Shown: positions 1-14,530, counted from the whole stretch's first letter. The stretch: DNA of 62,474 nucleotides, filler included, from Kipferlia bialata (GCA_003568945.1; 3 parts of 3 records of this genome joined end to end with filler, not necessarily neighbours in it), one strand, 5' to 3'. Notes: a model not told the origin generated them from the letters alone. Made by a program: numbers and translations.

Positions 1-59
1 GGGAGGGGAAGGGAGGGGAGGGGGGGGGGGGGGGGGAGAGAGAGAGACTCAACCCCCAG

Positions 60-3000
60 AGCCTGCAGGTACCCACGTCCTATGCTTAACTTCTATATAT
101 TCTCCTTATGTATATACTGCACCCTCCAATCCCCCCTCTGTTCCTCTCCCCCACCCCAGACCTCCCACGGCCTTGAGTTACCTTCGTACATAAGCTTCAT
201 CCTCTAATTCTACATATACATCACACGTCCCACCCCCACCCCAGACCTCCCACGGCCTTGAGCAGCAGATACAGGGATATATATTGTATATCTAAATATT
301 TAGAGTATTCATAGTATTCATAGTACCCCTCTCTCCTATATCTATTCACTCTTTCCCACCCCAGACCTCCCACGGCCTTGAGCAGCAGAAGCACACCCAC
401 TCCGTCACTACACCCTCAGACACCCTGTCGGTCTGTGCATGTGGGGGGGTGGTGGCATCACTTAGAAGGAGGTATAGAGTACCTATACACATACATACAC
501 AGTTTTCCACCTTGTGTTTATGTTTCTTTCTCTCTTTCTTTCTCCCCCCCCCCCCTCACCCCCAGGGGTGCCACCCTCGGCAACAGACGGAGGAACAGAG
601 ACGCACTCCTGTCAAGGTATGTACATAGATCTATCTCTACACACTAATATACTATTACACCCCTCACCCCAGGGGCATCCCCCAGTCCCGTCTGATGAAG
701 CGGGGTGCTGTCCCTGTCTGTGACCTGATAGCAGTGGCACCCAGACAGAGGCACACGGTGGTGGTCAGGGAGGGACTGACTAATGTACGTACTACCTATA
801 TATCTTTTGGTTGCTAATAGTTAGTACCAAGGTTATAGTTGTAAGTATTTAGTGTAAGTACCTTGCTTCATCATAATGGTGGTCAGGGAGGGACTCACTA
901 ACGTATGTGGCAGTGTATGTATATACTATATGTATTCACCAGACCTCCCCCCACCCCCAGGTCCTAGACATTGCTGCCTGGCCCATGTCGTCCAAGAGGA
1001 TATACATACTGCAGGTATGCTATTGTATACCAACTTCTATCACTCTGTGCAATGTATACTATTCTAACCGTTATTGCATTCTATATTTCCATTGGTTCCC
1101 TCACCTCCAGGTCTCTGCCCAGGAGTCCACCTCTGACACTCTGTTCAAGGTCACAGTCCTGGTGGAGAGGCCACTCAGGCAGAAGGTATTGACAGAGCTA
1201 TATAGTATAAATAGTGTGTGTGTATGTTTATATATATTCGTATTCTAGGTTGATACGTGTGTATTGGAGAGGCCACTCAGGCAGAAGGTATTGATAGAGC
1301 TGTATATATTATACACTGTTTGTACATGTTTATGTATTAGAGAGATATGTATATATTGGAGGCCCCTCAGGCAGAAGGTATTGCGAATATGTATATTCAA
1401 GGATACATTCCTACATATTCTGTCTCTGTTGTGGGTGGAAAATGTATGATATGTAAATATACATACATTTCTTTTCCCCACCTCACCCCTCCAGGTCAAG
1501 CAGCTTGTGCAGAATGAGAGATATGGAGACGCTTTGGAGCTGGGGGCAGACCTCGATAGGTACGGTCATATATATACACCGTCCAATACCTCTCTCTATA
1601 CATATCTATGTATATATATCCCTATATCATATACATATTTATAGACGCCCTGGAGCTGGGGGCAGACCTCGATAGGTACTATTCTTTCATATACCGTTGT
1701 ATCTGATACGCATACATTTGTATATGCAATTTGTCTGATCTGGATTGATATCGTTGTATCTAACCAATCAGGTATGAGATTGCCCAGATCTATCCATGTA
1801 TAAATATCATATACCTCTGTGTCTAACCCCCCCAGGTATGAGATTGCCCAGATCAAGGTGTCCCATGCCAGAAGGGTATTCGACACACACCCGGAGGAGG
1901 TGAGGATACATTAATTCGTAATCATATACCCACATGCACTATATGCCTTCCTCTATCTGTCCACTGTGTAATACTCCTGTCACCAATATACACTCAATGT
2001 ATATATCTCTCTGTACTTTTCATATTCTCCCACGCCAGGCCCTCGAGCTGTTCCTATCCACCGTGTCAGATGGGGTCATAGAGCCAGCAGAGGTATGATA
2101 TCTGGCGAGAATGCATTTGTATTAGTATATATGGTGATTGTATTAATAATTCTATAAGTAACATAGGAGAGATAAGTATGTATTAATGGGGTCATAGAGC
2201 CAGCTGAGGTATGTTTGTATATGTATATATGTATTCATCTATAGATTTGGCAGTTGGGTCATGGAGCCAGCTGAGGTATGGTGATATGTGACTGTGTGGG
2301 TGTCTACCATATTCGTCACATTCTTTCCTCTCTAACCCCTTAGGTTGTCAAGCTGTACCTTGACTCTGGCCAGATCCCACCCTTGGTCAGATACCTCGAG
2401 AGGCTGCAGGTATCTTTGGGCATGGGTTGATAATTACTATACCATACTCTCTTCTATAGTCTCGTTAGAAGTATATACTCCAACACAATGTTGTGTTCTT
2501 AAGATAAGTATTTCAACTCTTTGGAGTAATTTTGTCTCACCCCAGGGCGAGAAGGACATTGGCGGTGGCCCCAACCTCACCATGCTCCTACTCAACAGCT
2601 ATGTCAGGAGTGAGCCACAGAAGCTAGGTATGGGGAAGTATGTTAGCTCAACATCCTCATCTCTCTCTCTCTCTCTCTCTCTTGTATTCTAGTCTGACCT
2701 CCAGTCCACTTTATCGAGTCTGCCCAGGACAAGTACATCAAGGACGCAGTCAGGGTGAGTACTGAGTATAACCATGTGTGGGGAGATATTTGTATGTTAC
2801 ATTTGTATATATTCTACCTCCCATTCCAACCATCTTACCCTCCAGAACCGTTCCAGTGCACAGGGTCAGGGACAGGCAGTCGCAAAGTGAGTGAATTATA
2901 GTTGTGTTCGTATCAGTGTGCAGAATATGTCTCTTGCCCCCCGACTTATCACACACACACAAATATATACACATTTCTACCTACCTACCCCAGGCCTGTC

Positions 3001-6000
3001 CTTGACATCGATGTGGCTGTGGAGGTGTGTGCCAGATCAGGAAAGACAGGTACAAGTGTATACTGTTGTATGTCACTCTGACCCTGAACTAACTGTACAA
3101 GGCTTGCCTGTGACCTCGCTGCCTTCTTTGATATGCGTATACTAATACTATACACTCCCTCACTCTCTATATATATACTTACATCAGGCCTTGCCTGTGA
3201 CCTCGCTGCCTTCTTTGACAGACACACCCAGGTTATGGACATACTCACTAGGACACCGGACCTGGTGCCACAGGTACATCCATATTGTATATATATATAT
3301 ATATATATTATCTGATACTGGTGCAGATATACTGATATATATACGCTGATACCGGACCTGGTGTCACAGGTACAGTCGTACAGTATATATATATATATAT
3401 ATATATCTATATATATATATTAACTGATACTGGTGTTTATATACTGATATATATACGTATACCAGACCTGGTGCCACAGGTACAGTCATACTGCATCTCT
3501 CTTTCTTCCCTTCTCTCTTTCCATATGTTTATCCCTGTGTATATCCCTCACCCCCAGGCCGTGATGTACCTGGGTACCCTCTCCCTCAAGGACTGCCACG
3601 AGCAGCTGACACCCAGGCTCAGCACGCTGCTCACACACACACCGGACCAGGTATATAGGTGTATTTGTATATGCAGTGACTGATTAACATAAATACACAA
3701 CGGATCATATTTGGTCAGCCATATATGACTGTCTTTGTGTGTATGTATTTACCTCCTTACCCACCCCAGGTCACCTCTCTGCTGAAGAGACTCTGCACCA
3801 GCTACACCCCAGACTCAGTCGGTGAGTGACCACATTAGTGTTACTGATGCTGCTCTCTGTCTCTCTATCTCTCTCTTTGTCTGTCTCACCTCCAGGCGTG
3901 CTGTCTGGCCTTGAGGTTGATGACAGGCTGTGGGGAAGGGCACTCGTCAGGAGGCACAGGTATTAGATATTGATATAAACGCAAATTCACACATATATAT
4001 ATATATCCCACATACACTATATATCTAAAGTGTGGGGCAGGGTACTCGTGAAGTTGCACAGGTACACACAGTATTGGTATATATAGTAAATGTACATTGT
4101 TCCATCTGACCGTCCCCCTCACCCTCCCAGGGCCAAGGTCCAGTGCCCTGTGGATGAGTTTGAGATAGACCTCTCGGGTCTGGCTCAGGTATATATATGA
4201 ATTTGTGGTATATACGTTGTTCATTGCAACTCATGTGAGTATATTAATGGATACTTGTGCTTATGGCCCACCGCAGGCCGGTCCCCAGGAGAGTGTGTTC
4301 AAGGGAGACCACCTCGATGCGTCATTCTGTGTGCACGAGTACCTGAGGTATACATATATATATATATATATATCTGAGGTAGCCATATATATCTGTATGT
4401 TATATGTGTAAACGAGTACCTGAGGTACAATTCATAAACAGACGTATATTCTATTGTCATATATCTATACATACCTCCTAACCCTAAGGGTGCGTGCCTC
4501 TAGAAGGGAGAGGGTCAGAAGGCAGGCCCAGGAGGCACTCGAGGCAGCTACTCAGGTATATACAAGTATAGAAATTAGCATTCACTGGATCATGGTTAAC
4601 ATGGCTCCAGACCCACCCCCAGGCCTCCGAGGGCAAGGGCCTAATCCCATCAACACATATCACTATACATTGTTAATACGTGTAATACATTAATATTATA
4701 TATATGCATTATGCCTCTAATACCCAAGGCCTCCGAGGGCAAGGGCCTGACCCCTGCCGAGGTTGCCTCTGTCACACCCTCTGCCCTGGAGGAGATATGC
4801 TCAGACACCACCCTGCTGGAGTTCCTGGTGCACGTCATGTGCTACTTCAGGTAAGGGATGCATATGTATATCCACTATATACCCACTATATATCAATACG
4901 TGTTTGTGATTTATTGTGGTAGTCTTACCATCCATGTATATACATCCATATATATACATCCCCACCCCCAGCATGTCCATGTCCAATGATGACGACACCC
5001 GCCCCCTGGACAGTGTCACAGACATGGATGCCACACAGACGGAGGGGGGGGCAAACACTAACAACGAGGTATGTATTTATATATATATATACTCATGAAC
5101 TACGCGATGACCCCCAGGAGTCTGAGGACTGGGGACTCTCTGTGCTGCTGTGGCACTACATCCTGGAGGAGCTCCTCCACCTGTGGAGTGGCCTAGGCAT
5201 GAGTGAGGGCATGAGTGAGGGGGCCCAGGAGACAGAGGAGGACAGCGAGTGTGCGCCACTCGATACAGGTGTGTATTATCGATGGCGAGTGTTGTCGTTG
5301 TATTCATATATGCATCCGTCTAACCCCCTAGGCGATGGCGAGTGGAAGCTTGAGGAGGAGGCCGACCCCTCCACGCATGTCAGTGCCCTGTCAACCCTCA
5401 GTGCCAGTGAGGGTGTCACCACACACGCTGTGCTGGACACACCCCTGCCCAGCGTCAGCATAGACCTCAACAACCCGCACAGGTGTATGCTACTATAAAT
5501 GTATGGATACATATACATAAATAGATACTTATTGTGATATACGAAGACCTCAACAACCCGCACAGGTAGACCTAGATAAGTCTCTCTCTCTCTCTCCCTT
5601 TCTCACCTCCAGTGCCAGGGACAGCTGCAGAGACCTCATCATGGCAATCTTCAAGGTATCGGTGTATGTATAGATATATAGGTTTAAATATAGATAGATA
5701 GATATGTCGACATAGATGAATAGTTGCCCTGGCGTAATACTAATCCATAGGGTGTGATCCCCGCCTCCTTTGATAAGGACCACGCCTGCATCCTGTGCAA
5801 GAGATACGACTTTGCAGACGGACTCGTGTTCCTGCTAGGTATGATAGAGTCAACATATATACACTACATAGGTACAACAGATGGATACGACACATATATA
5901 CAGTATCAGAACACAGTATATTACTCACTCTCCAGGTGCCCTTGGCCAGCACAACGAGGTCATCAGACACCACCTCAGGTATGGGTATAGTCATATATCA

Positions 6001-7985
6001 TATATATCATATTGTATCTCACTCACTGTTATACTTACACCAGGACCGGCAACCATGCCATGGTGTCCCGGATGGTGGTGGAGCACCCCAGGCTGGTGCA
6101 GGAGGTATGATACGAATATACAAATACATGTATATGCCCTATATACCTCTATGTTTTCCTTGCTCATCCTAGTTGTGGCCCGGTGTGCTTAGAGTGTATA
6201 TACACAATGTAGCAATGCCTCTAGTATTTATGCTAACTGTAGGTGTGGCCCGGTGTCCTCAGAGACAAATATCAAGAGCGATATATATATACAATTGTAT
6301 GTATATATGCTATATATACTCACCTCTAGGTGTGGCCCGGTGTCCTTAGGGACATGGTCAAGAGCGATATATATATATAGCATTGTATATATATATATGC
6401 TATATATACTAACCCTAGGTGTGGCCCGGTGTGCTGAGGGACATGGTCAAGGCAGACCTGGGGCCACTCCTCTGTGAGTCAGAGAGGTGGGGGTATATGT
6501 GTATATAACGTATATTTCCATATACATAGTATGTGTGTTCGTATTCAATTACTCCCCCTTCGCAGTGAAACTGAGGTAGGGCCAGCGTATATGCATGTAT
6601 ATTATAAACGTATTAAGAACACCCTACTCACCCCAGAGACAGGGAGAAGGGCGGCGAGGCCGGCAGGGAGAGAGAGAGAGAGAAGCAGCAGGCAGCAGCC
6701 AGACTGGGGACCACACTCCAGGTATTCCATATTCTGTATATTCTGTGTATACCATATGCATACATCTATATATTAGTCACTCACCCCCCAGGCCCTCACC
6801 GGTGCTGGTATTGCCACTGCTGTCAGTGGGATAGACCTGGTCATATCGGCATGCAACGAGGTACACATACAGTACAGTATATAGTATCTTGACACTCATC
6901 CCTAACCCCCCATGGTCCATGCTGCCTCTACCCACCTTCCCTATATAGCCATACAATATAGCATATATAGTACTCTCCTTCATTTCTTAGCCTTACAAGT
7001 AGGTCCAGGCTGCCTCAGCCCCCCCTTCATCGGACAGGAGTGGGGACTTCCCAGTCTCGATGGTGGCAGACCTCATGACCAGTGAGCTCAGGTATATATT
7101 CTCTCTCTCTCTCTCTCCATATATAATGAGTCTCTGATTCTTTATATGTATATATTGACATGCCTCACCCCCAGGATTCTGGACGATGCCATTGATCAGG
7201 CCAGACGTGACCTGGCAGACAGCACGGACCTCGTGGAGAAGGACATGGTATGATATATGTATTGCTACTTATGCACAGTGTATAGTCACTATTTATTCCT
7301 ACTCTCTAACCTAACCACAGGCCACCCTGCGCACCCTGACCACCTCGGGTGTCTATTTCTCTATACATATATATATGTGTGTGATTGTCAATGCATATGT
7401 ACACCACTCACCTTCAGGCCACCCTGCGCACCCTGACCACCTCTGGTGTGTCCTATGATGGCACCATCTGCCAGCAGTGCAACAGAGTGCTGTCCACACC
7501 AGCAGTGCACTGCAGGTGTGTAGTCTGTATGTGTAGTATTGATTCACACATTCACATATACTTTATATATGAACATGTGCATATCCTCCCACACCAGGTG
7601 TGGCCACTCGTACCACTTTGGGTGCTTCATCTCTGAGGGCGGGGAGTGCAGGACATGCGTCAAGAGACTGGACCAGGAGCCACAGAGACCGGGTCTGGAG
7701 CCTAACCCTAGGTATACAGTTGCATAGATGGGAACATAAGTGTGGTATGTGTGTTCCATTGTTCCAGTTCCTCACCCCTCAGGTTCCCCCACACCATCCT
7801 GATTGACAGACTCAGAAGGGCGCCCCTGGCTCAGGTAGGGTGATAGTGTATTTGCTGTACATTCTGAATATAGTAGGATAAACACTTCTTTCTACCACTA
7901 TATCTATCTCCTGTCTCCCCTCACCCCGTAGGCCAAGGTGCAGAGATACTCCACAGAGGACAGTGACAGTGACAGTGATGAGTAG
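60..7985 (+). CDS. VPS11: Vacuolar protein sorting 11 homolog (CORVET/HOPS core), multi-exon, 5' end lies upstream of the window
   Basis: Spliced exons give VVKLYLDSGQIPPLVRYLERLQ...NLTMLLLNSYVR...LDIDVAVEVC, which resembles the Vps11 clathrin-repeat segment (VIxKFLDxQxIxxLxxYLxxL...TxLLLNCY...FDVxxA). A C-terminal RING reads CQQCNRVLSTPAVHCRCGHSYHFGCFISEGGECRTC (7447-7660). Stop TAG at 7983-7985 after ...EDSDSDSDE. Confidence 0.88.
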
Positions 7986-8257
7986 ACGGGTGTTGGATAG
8001 GTCATGGAGTGGCTTGAGAGAGTAAATGTAAACCGTAGTCTGTTGGGCATTGTATGTCACTGTCGTGGAGCTTGTACTAATAATGTGAAAATAAGTGAAT
8101 ACATTAGTAATGTCAATGTAACAGGACAAAAATTCTGGCTTCATCCACACCCTGACACGACTGACTCAATATCTCCTATTTACTCACGATATCCTTGCAC
8201 ATTGTCATATACAGACATATGGTTCACAGTGTCTGTATCCCAAGCAACCCTCTCCAC

Positions 8258-9566
8258 TTACTTGCCGAACACAGTGTCGAGCCTGCCCTGGGGGTCCTAG
8301 GGGTGAGAGGGAGAGAGAGAGAGAGAGACCAAGAAATAGAGGGGCGAGGAGGGGGAGATAGGGACAGAAAGAGTAGCAGAGAGGGGTAGAGCATATATAC
8401 ATACCTGGAGGATAGTCTTGACGAGCATCTCCATGACATCTCCCACGATGAGGTCGCAGAACTTGTTGAAGTCAATGTGGTTGTCGCACTCGTCTGAGGG
8501 GTTAGATTATATGTATATATTTATAAATATTTATATATATGCATGACAACTTATATAAATAGTAAATACAAATATTTACACATAGATATGAGTCAATGTG
8601 GTTGTCGCACTCGTCTGGGGGGTTAGAACGGGGTGAGACGGAGTGTATGCATACTTTCATACTTACACCTCCGTAAATACATGTGTGTATATAGGTATTA
8701 ATTCATATAAACATCTACCCACCGGACACGGCACGCACAACGGCGTATGGGGCACCCCAGGTGTAGCAGACCTAGGGTGAGTGATATAGTAAATACAATC
8801 ATAGTAATTTCAGCTCAGTCATACTATTATTGACCCATTACATCTACCCTACCTGGGCCATGGCAGCCTTCCATCTCGGCCACATAGGCATACATATATA
8901 TGTGTATAAACAATACACATGAGACTACTACTCCCTCTACACATCATACCTGGGCCATGGCAGCTCCCTCCATCTCGGCCACATAGGCATCGGGGATGGC
9001 ACTCATGATGCCGTCCCTGGGGGGTGAGGGGTATAGTTACACATGTATGAAGAATATATACACAAAGACTATACACTATATACTATGTATATAGGCCCAA
9101 CCTGGTGGCTGCGGTGGCCACGAACTTGTCACCGGTGACAATGACTCCCTTGTGCACCTGGGGTAAGAGTATGCGTGTATACACTATATAAATATATATA
9201 TATATATAGTGGAGGAGTAGTTAATGAATACAGGGTATAGAACATTCACAAAAGGTACCGTAGGCAGTCTAGTGAGTGTATGTGTGTACCTTCGGGACTG
9301 TGAATACACAAATATACACAATTGCTAATTACTGATATTGTATATATAATGGTCACTGCTCCATACCTTGGGTGCTGTGATTCCGAGCTCCTCAGAGACA
9401 CCGGGCTTGGCAAGAACCTGGGGTGAGGGTGTGGGATATATCGATGCTCATATACATATTTACACTGCTGACTATATATTATGTAGACCATACGTTGATA
9501 TACATAGATATTGACATATACACGCATACACCTTCCTGAGCTCCTGGGAGGGCATTACTGTATGAT

Positions 9567-9618
<52 letters not shown>

Positions 9619-9823
9619 TCACCTTCTTGAACTCCCAACATATATACCAATGCATGTACCTTCTTGAACTCCTGGGACAGGACCAGTATCAATATATACA
9701 CACACATATATATACGAATATACATCCATACACCAATATATATATATATATACCTTCTTGAACTCCTGGGACTGGACCAGGGAGGAGGCGGCATCGAACA
9801 TGAACTGGGTCACCTCCTGGGGG

Positions 9824-9858
<35 letters not shown>

Positions 9859-10612
9859 GCCACTCAACGTACGGGCTTGACTGGGAGCCTGGCGATGTCG
9901 AGGGAGGGCAGGATGAGCTTGTCCATGAGGGGGGAGCAGTCCATGTCGTGCTGCACAAGCTCGGTGCCAATCACAATGTCACCTACAAGGTGAGGGTGGC
10001 AGGTATAGGTGTACTATATACACATGATGCACTATGGTAGTGGTGGGGGGGGGGGGGGTACATACTACACTGGGGAACCCGTACCGATCTTGCATCCGTT
10101 GAAGAGGCCACCGGCGCTGCCGACGAAGATGATGGCGTCGCACTCGTACCTGGGGGGTCAGTAAGGAGAGAAGTCATTATAACACAGTATATCTGCACTC
10201 TCTCCCACATATATAGGTATATCGTGTATCTAGATGCCCTACCTGTCAAGGAGCACGGTGGTGGAGATGGCAGCACAGACCTGGAGTGAGAGAACATATA
10301 TAGATATATATACAGAGAGATAGGGGGTACTCTGGGAGTAGAGGAAGATAGTTCAACACAGTCGACACACCTTTCCGATGTCGGACCTGCACACAGTGAC
10401 GCGCCTGTCGTAGATCTCGCCGTCAACGTAGGTGACGCCTCCGCGGACCTCCTAGAGATAAGAGGCAATGGGACAGAGTGTAGTTACAGAAAGATACGGA
10501 ACCAATCCAATCTCACGCATTCCCCCACCTTGTTGGCTCCGTCAACCATGTGGGCGATCTTCTCGTACTCCCTAGTGGTAGCGGTCATGATTCCAAGCTT
10601 GAGTCCGGCCAT
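8258..10612 (-). CDS. mtnN: 5'-methylthioadenosine/S-adenosylhomocysteine nucleosidase (PNP/UDP phosphorylase family), about 12 exons
   Basis: Spliced product reads MAGLKLGIMTATTREY...SDIGKVCAAISTTVLLDRYECDAIIFVGSAGGL...KIGDIVIGTELVQHDMD...GVIVTGDKFVA...AEMEGAAMAQVC...PYAVVRAVSD...DFNKF. This contains the GIGKV-like, GSAGGL, QHD, TGDxF, EMEGAA and RAxSD motifs of MTAN. Confidence 0.92.
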
Positions 10613-10760
10613 CTTTGATAGTCTGCAAGAGAGGGGGAGAGAGAGGTGAAGCCAGGCGTTGCGCAACCGGAAAAGGCGTTGATGCAATTACGTTGAAAAA
10701 GTTGCCCAACGTTGTCATTTTGGTTGCTCCAGACGCAACCCTCCCAAGCACTAAACCAGC
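10613..10760. promoter_or_regulatory. Probable bidirectional promoter between the MTA/SAH nucleosidase and LSm4 genes
   Basis: Two start codons face away from each other about 148 bp apart: CAT at 10610-10612 and ATG at 10761. Confidence 0.6.
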
Positions 10761-11035
10761 ATGGTAAGTGGTGTTGTGGCCCATATTGTAGGATACAATG
10801 AGTATAGAACCACCTAGTCTCACCCTCAGCTTCCCATTGAGCTCCTTTCTGGAGCCAGAGACTGCGAAGTGGTACGTATAGCGTGTCAAAGCCTCTCTTG
10901 TGTAACGCTGTTTCCTCTGTTGTTTCTCTGCTAGATGATCTTTGTGGACTTTAGTCTATCACTCACTGCCTGTGTTCCCATACCTCCCCCCTGACCCCCA
11001 GCTCCTAGAGCTCAAGACAGAGCAGACAGTCACAG
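10761..11035 (+). CDS. LSM4: LSm4-like Sm-fold protein, 5' part only (the rest is presumably in or beyond the N gap)
   Basis: Exons ATG (10761-10763) | 10830-10871 | 11002-11035 have GT/AG boundaries and give MLPIELLSGARDCEVLLELKTEQTVTG. This matches the LSm4 N-terminus pattern MLPLxLLxxAxxxPxLVELKxGETxNG. Missed by the ORF track. Confidence 0.75.
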
Positions 11036-11161
11036 GTGGGCGGCATATACATATACACACACACTCTACCTCTAGCATCTACATCAGATCTGGTTCCTGG
11101 TGTACTGCTCTGTTTATAGGGATATATTCTATGGTCGCGGCTCCTCTAGTGTTATATTGCC

Positions 11162-11193
<32 letters not shown>

Positions 11194-11208
11194 ACCCCCC
11201 TCCCTCCT

Positions 11209-12128
11209 NNNNNNNNNNNNNNNNNNNNNNNNNNNNNNNNNNNNNNNNNNNNNNNNNNNNNNNNNNNNNNNNNNNNNNNNNNNNNNNNNNNNNNNNNNNN
11301 NNNNNNNNNNNNNNNNNNNNNNNNNNNNNNNNNNNNNNNNNNNNNNNNNNNNNNNNNNNNNNNNNNNNNNNNNNNNNNNNNNNNNNNNNNNNNNNNNNNN
11401 NNNNNNNNNNNNNNNNNNNNNNNNNNNNNNNNNNNNNNNNNNNNNNNNNNNNNNNNNNNNNNNNNNNNNNNNNNNNNNNNNNNNNNNNNNNNNNNNNNNN
11501 NNNNNNNNNNNNNNNNNNNNNNNNNNNNNNNNNNNNNNNNNNNNNNNNNNNNNNNNNNNNNNNNNNNNNNNNNNNNNNNNNNNNNNNNNNNNNNNNNNNN
11601 NNNNNNNNNNNNNNNNNNNNNNNNNNNNNNNNNNNNNNNNNNNNNNNNNNNNNNNNNNNNNNNNNNNNNNNNNNNNNNNNNNNNNNNNNNNNNNNNNNNN
11701 NNNNNNNNNNNNNNNNNNNNNNNNNNNNNNNNNNNNNNNNNNNNNNNNNNNNNNNNNNNNNNNNNNNNNNNNNNNNNNNNNNNNNNNNNNNNNNNNNNNN
11801 NNNNNNNNNNNNNNNNNNNNNNNNNNNNNNNNNNNNNNNNNNNNNNNNNNNNNNNNNNNNNNNNNNNNNNNNNNNNNNNNNNNNNNNNNNNNNNNNNNNN
11901 NNNNNNNNNNNNNNNNNNNNNNNNNNNNNNNNNNNNNNNNNNNNNNNNNNNNNNNNNNNNNNNNNNNNNNNNNNNNNNNNNNNNNNNNNNNNNNNNNNNN
12001 NNNNNNNNNNNNNNNNNNNNNNNNNNNNNNNNNNNNNNNNNNNNNNNNNNNNNNNNNNNNNNNNNNNNNNNNNNNNNNNNNNNNNNNNNNNNNNNNNNNN
12101 NNNNNNNNNNNNNNNNNNNNNNNNNNNN
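11209..12128. other. Assembly gap flanked by poly-C and poly-G
   Basis: N run. Confidence 0.99.
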
Positions 12129-12131
12129 GAA

Positions 12132-12173
<42 letters not shown>

Positions 12174-13315
12174 GGGGTTATGCCAAGAAAATACATACAT
12201 AGTCAGAGCAGTTATAGATAGAGGGGGATGATGGGGGAGACAGAGAGAGAGAGACAAGAAACGTGCAGTGGCTGAATACGGGCAGATACGACGACATTAT
12301 GAGTCATATTGGAAAGAGAGAGGGTACAATCAATAGAATCAAAAGCATGAGGAGAGACAATGCACTCTGAAACTGTAGTGATGGAAGAGTAGCGGGAGGT
12401 AAGAGGAAAATGCAAACAGATGTACGGAAAGTAATAGAGATAGATAAAAGTGGATATACTATCTCCAAGAGCAGTAATGTACATATATATACCCTGAAGT
12501 GTGTATCTATGCTTTAAGTATGCATCGAATGTGGAGTGTGCGAGTTATAGAGAGAGAGAGTATCAGCGAGATAGTACAGTGCACTACTGAGTGCCTAATC
12601 AAAGCTGAAACAGACAGAATCCCACTGTCCTTGCATGAAGATATGCATAACTTATAAGTATTCCAATGAAGGCGCATGTGAAGAGAGAGTGGGTGCCTGA
12701 TATGCAATCAGTGCAAGCGTGTGAAATAGACACACATTAGTATATATCTAGTGTCCACACTAACTATATCGCGACAATACACCACCACCGTACCATTGCT
12801 GAGTGATCCTCTCTCCCCCTCTCTCTCTACCAAGACCAGTCTACCTAAAGAGTAGGCGTTTTACAGCTCACAAGTGAAGTGCTAATCCAACTGTCTGGTT
12901 TGGTGCACTGATTCAAAAACTCACTAAAGGGGCTAGCGACTTGGAGCATGGTGTGAAATGGCGCGGTGGAAACCGCACCTCAGACTGTACCTATATAGCA
13001 TCGTATCATATATATATGTATATGTATATACTGCGTCACTCTATGTTTGTTATTACTTAGAGTTCAGGCGTTCTCACCTACTCTCGAAGGGAAGTATAGG
13101 TCCTACATGGCCCAATGGGAGAAAGACACATACTAATGCTACAATACGAACACCACATGTACAAAATGTCTATTTGTTAACAATTCCACGCCATTTCCGA
13201 GCTCGGCTGATACAAAGACCCAGCCGCTAAATCAGACAATACGCTCCCTCTCTCTCTCTCTCTCTCTCTCTTCTTTCTCTCATTTGGCACGCGATACACA
13301 CGCTCACCAAGTACA

Positions 13316-13363
<48 letters not shown>

Positions 13364-13473
13364 CTCTCTGGTTCTCAGGCAAACACACACACACACCAAT
13401 AGATCACTGGTTAGTGGAAGGTAAGTACACCTGATACCACACCTGTAATGCATCTCCTAGACCCGTAGTTCCC

Positions 13474-14530
13474 TTAGTTCAGGTACTGAAGGGGCAGGTA
13501 CCAGGATAGGTACTCGGGGTCAAAGGCAAACTCAGCCTCGTCATAGTTGAGGTCAGGGATGGTGTTCATCCTGCGAGATAAGAGAATAAAGGGTGTAAAG
13601 GAAAAATAATACAAACAATACAATATATATATAATAATAAAAATACATAATAATAATAATAATATATATATATAGGATTGGATAATGAAAATCTGTCAAT
13701 ATCAATAATATATTTATTCATATTCAGTTATGGGTCTAGAGAGAGAGAGAGAGAGAGTGAGATACCTAGGTGCCTCGTGGTTCATGGTTGTGAGCATCCA
13801 CACTAATTATACTATTATACATACACTATATCCAAATATATACACTATACTATAAATATACACTATACACTACACTTTATACCTAGGTGCCTCGTGGTTC
13901 ATGGTTGTGAGCATCCATACATACAATATATAACATCATGTTGCAGATACAATTAGGGGTCTAGTGAGAGAGAGAGAGATACCTTGGGGCCTCGTGGTTC
14001 ATGGTTGTGAGCATCCATGGTGCAACGGCATAGATGCCAAGGAGAGACTGCCACTGGGTGTAAAAAGGGTGTAGAGAGAGAGAGNNNNNNNCCAAGGAGA
14101 GACTGCCACTGGGTGTAAAAAGGGTGTAGAGAGAGAGAGAGAGAGAAGGCATAGATGCCAAGGAGAGACTGCCACTGGGTGTAAAAGGGTGTAGAGGAAG
14201 AAAGAGAGAGAGAGAGTAGTACCTGTATGAACCTTGGGCTAGCTGTGTTAACATCACCCACTGTATACATACACATAATACAAGTACAATAAGGGGTCTA
14301 GGGAGAGAAAGAGAGAGAGTAGTACCTGCATAAACATTGGGCTAGCAGTGTTAACATCCCCAACAGTGGATGTGATCAGAGTGGGGGGTGTCACAGTGTA
14401 CATCTGGAGAGCGGCCCAGTTGAACTGAGGGATTAGGGGTGTAGGGGGAGAGAATCAAGGGTCTAGAGGGAGAGAGAGAAGGGTCTGGAGGAATAAAAAA
14501 TGAAACTATATATATATGTATATATATATG

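Noticed and set aside
10942..12257. Long ORFs of 340-460 aa spanning N gaps (also 18055-19437)
   Set aside because: They consist of X residues from the gaps plus homopolymer translation.
12958..12982. GC-rich hairpin GCGGT-GGAA-ACCGC (GNRA loop) in intergenic DNA, possible ncRNA
   Set aside because: A single short stem with no recognisable tRNA, snRNA, snoRNA or RNase P/MRP motifs around it. An Rfam/Infernal search would be needed.
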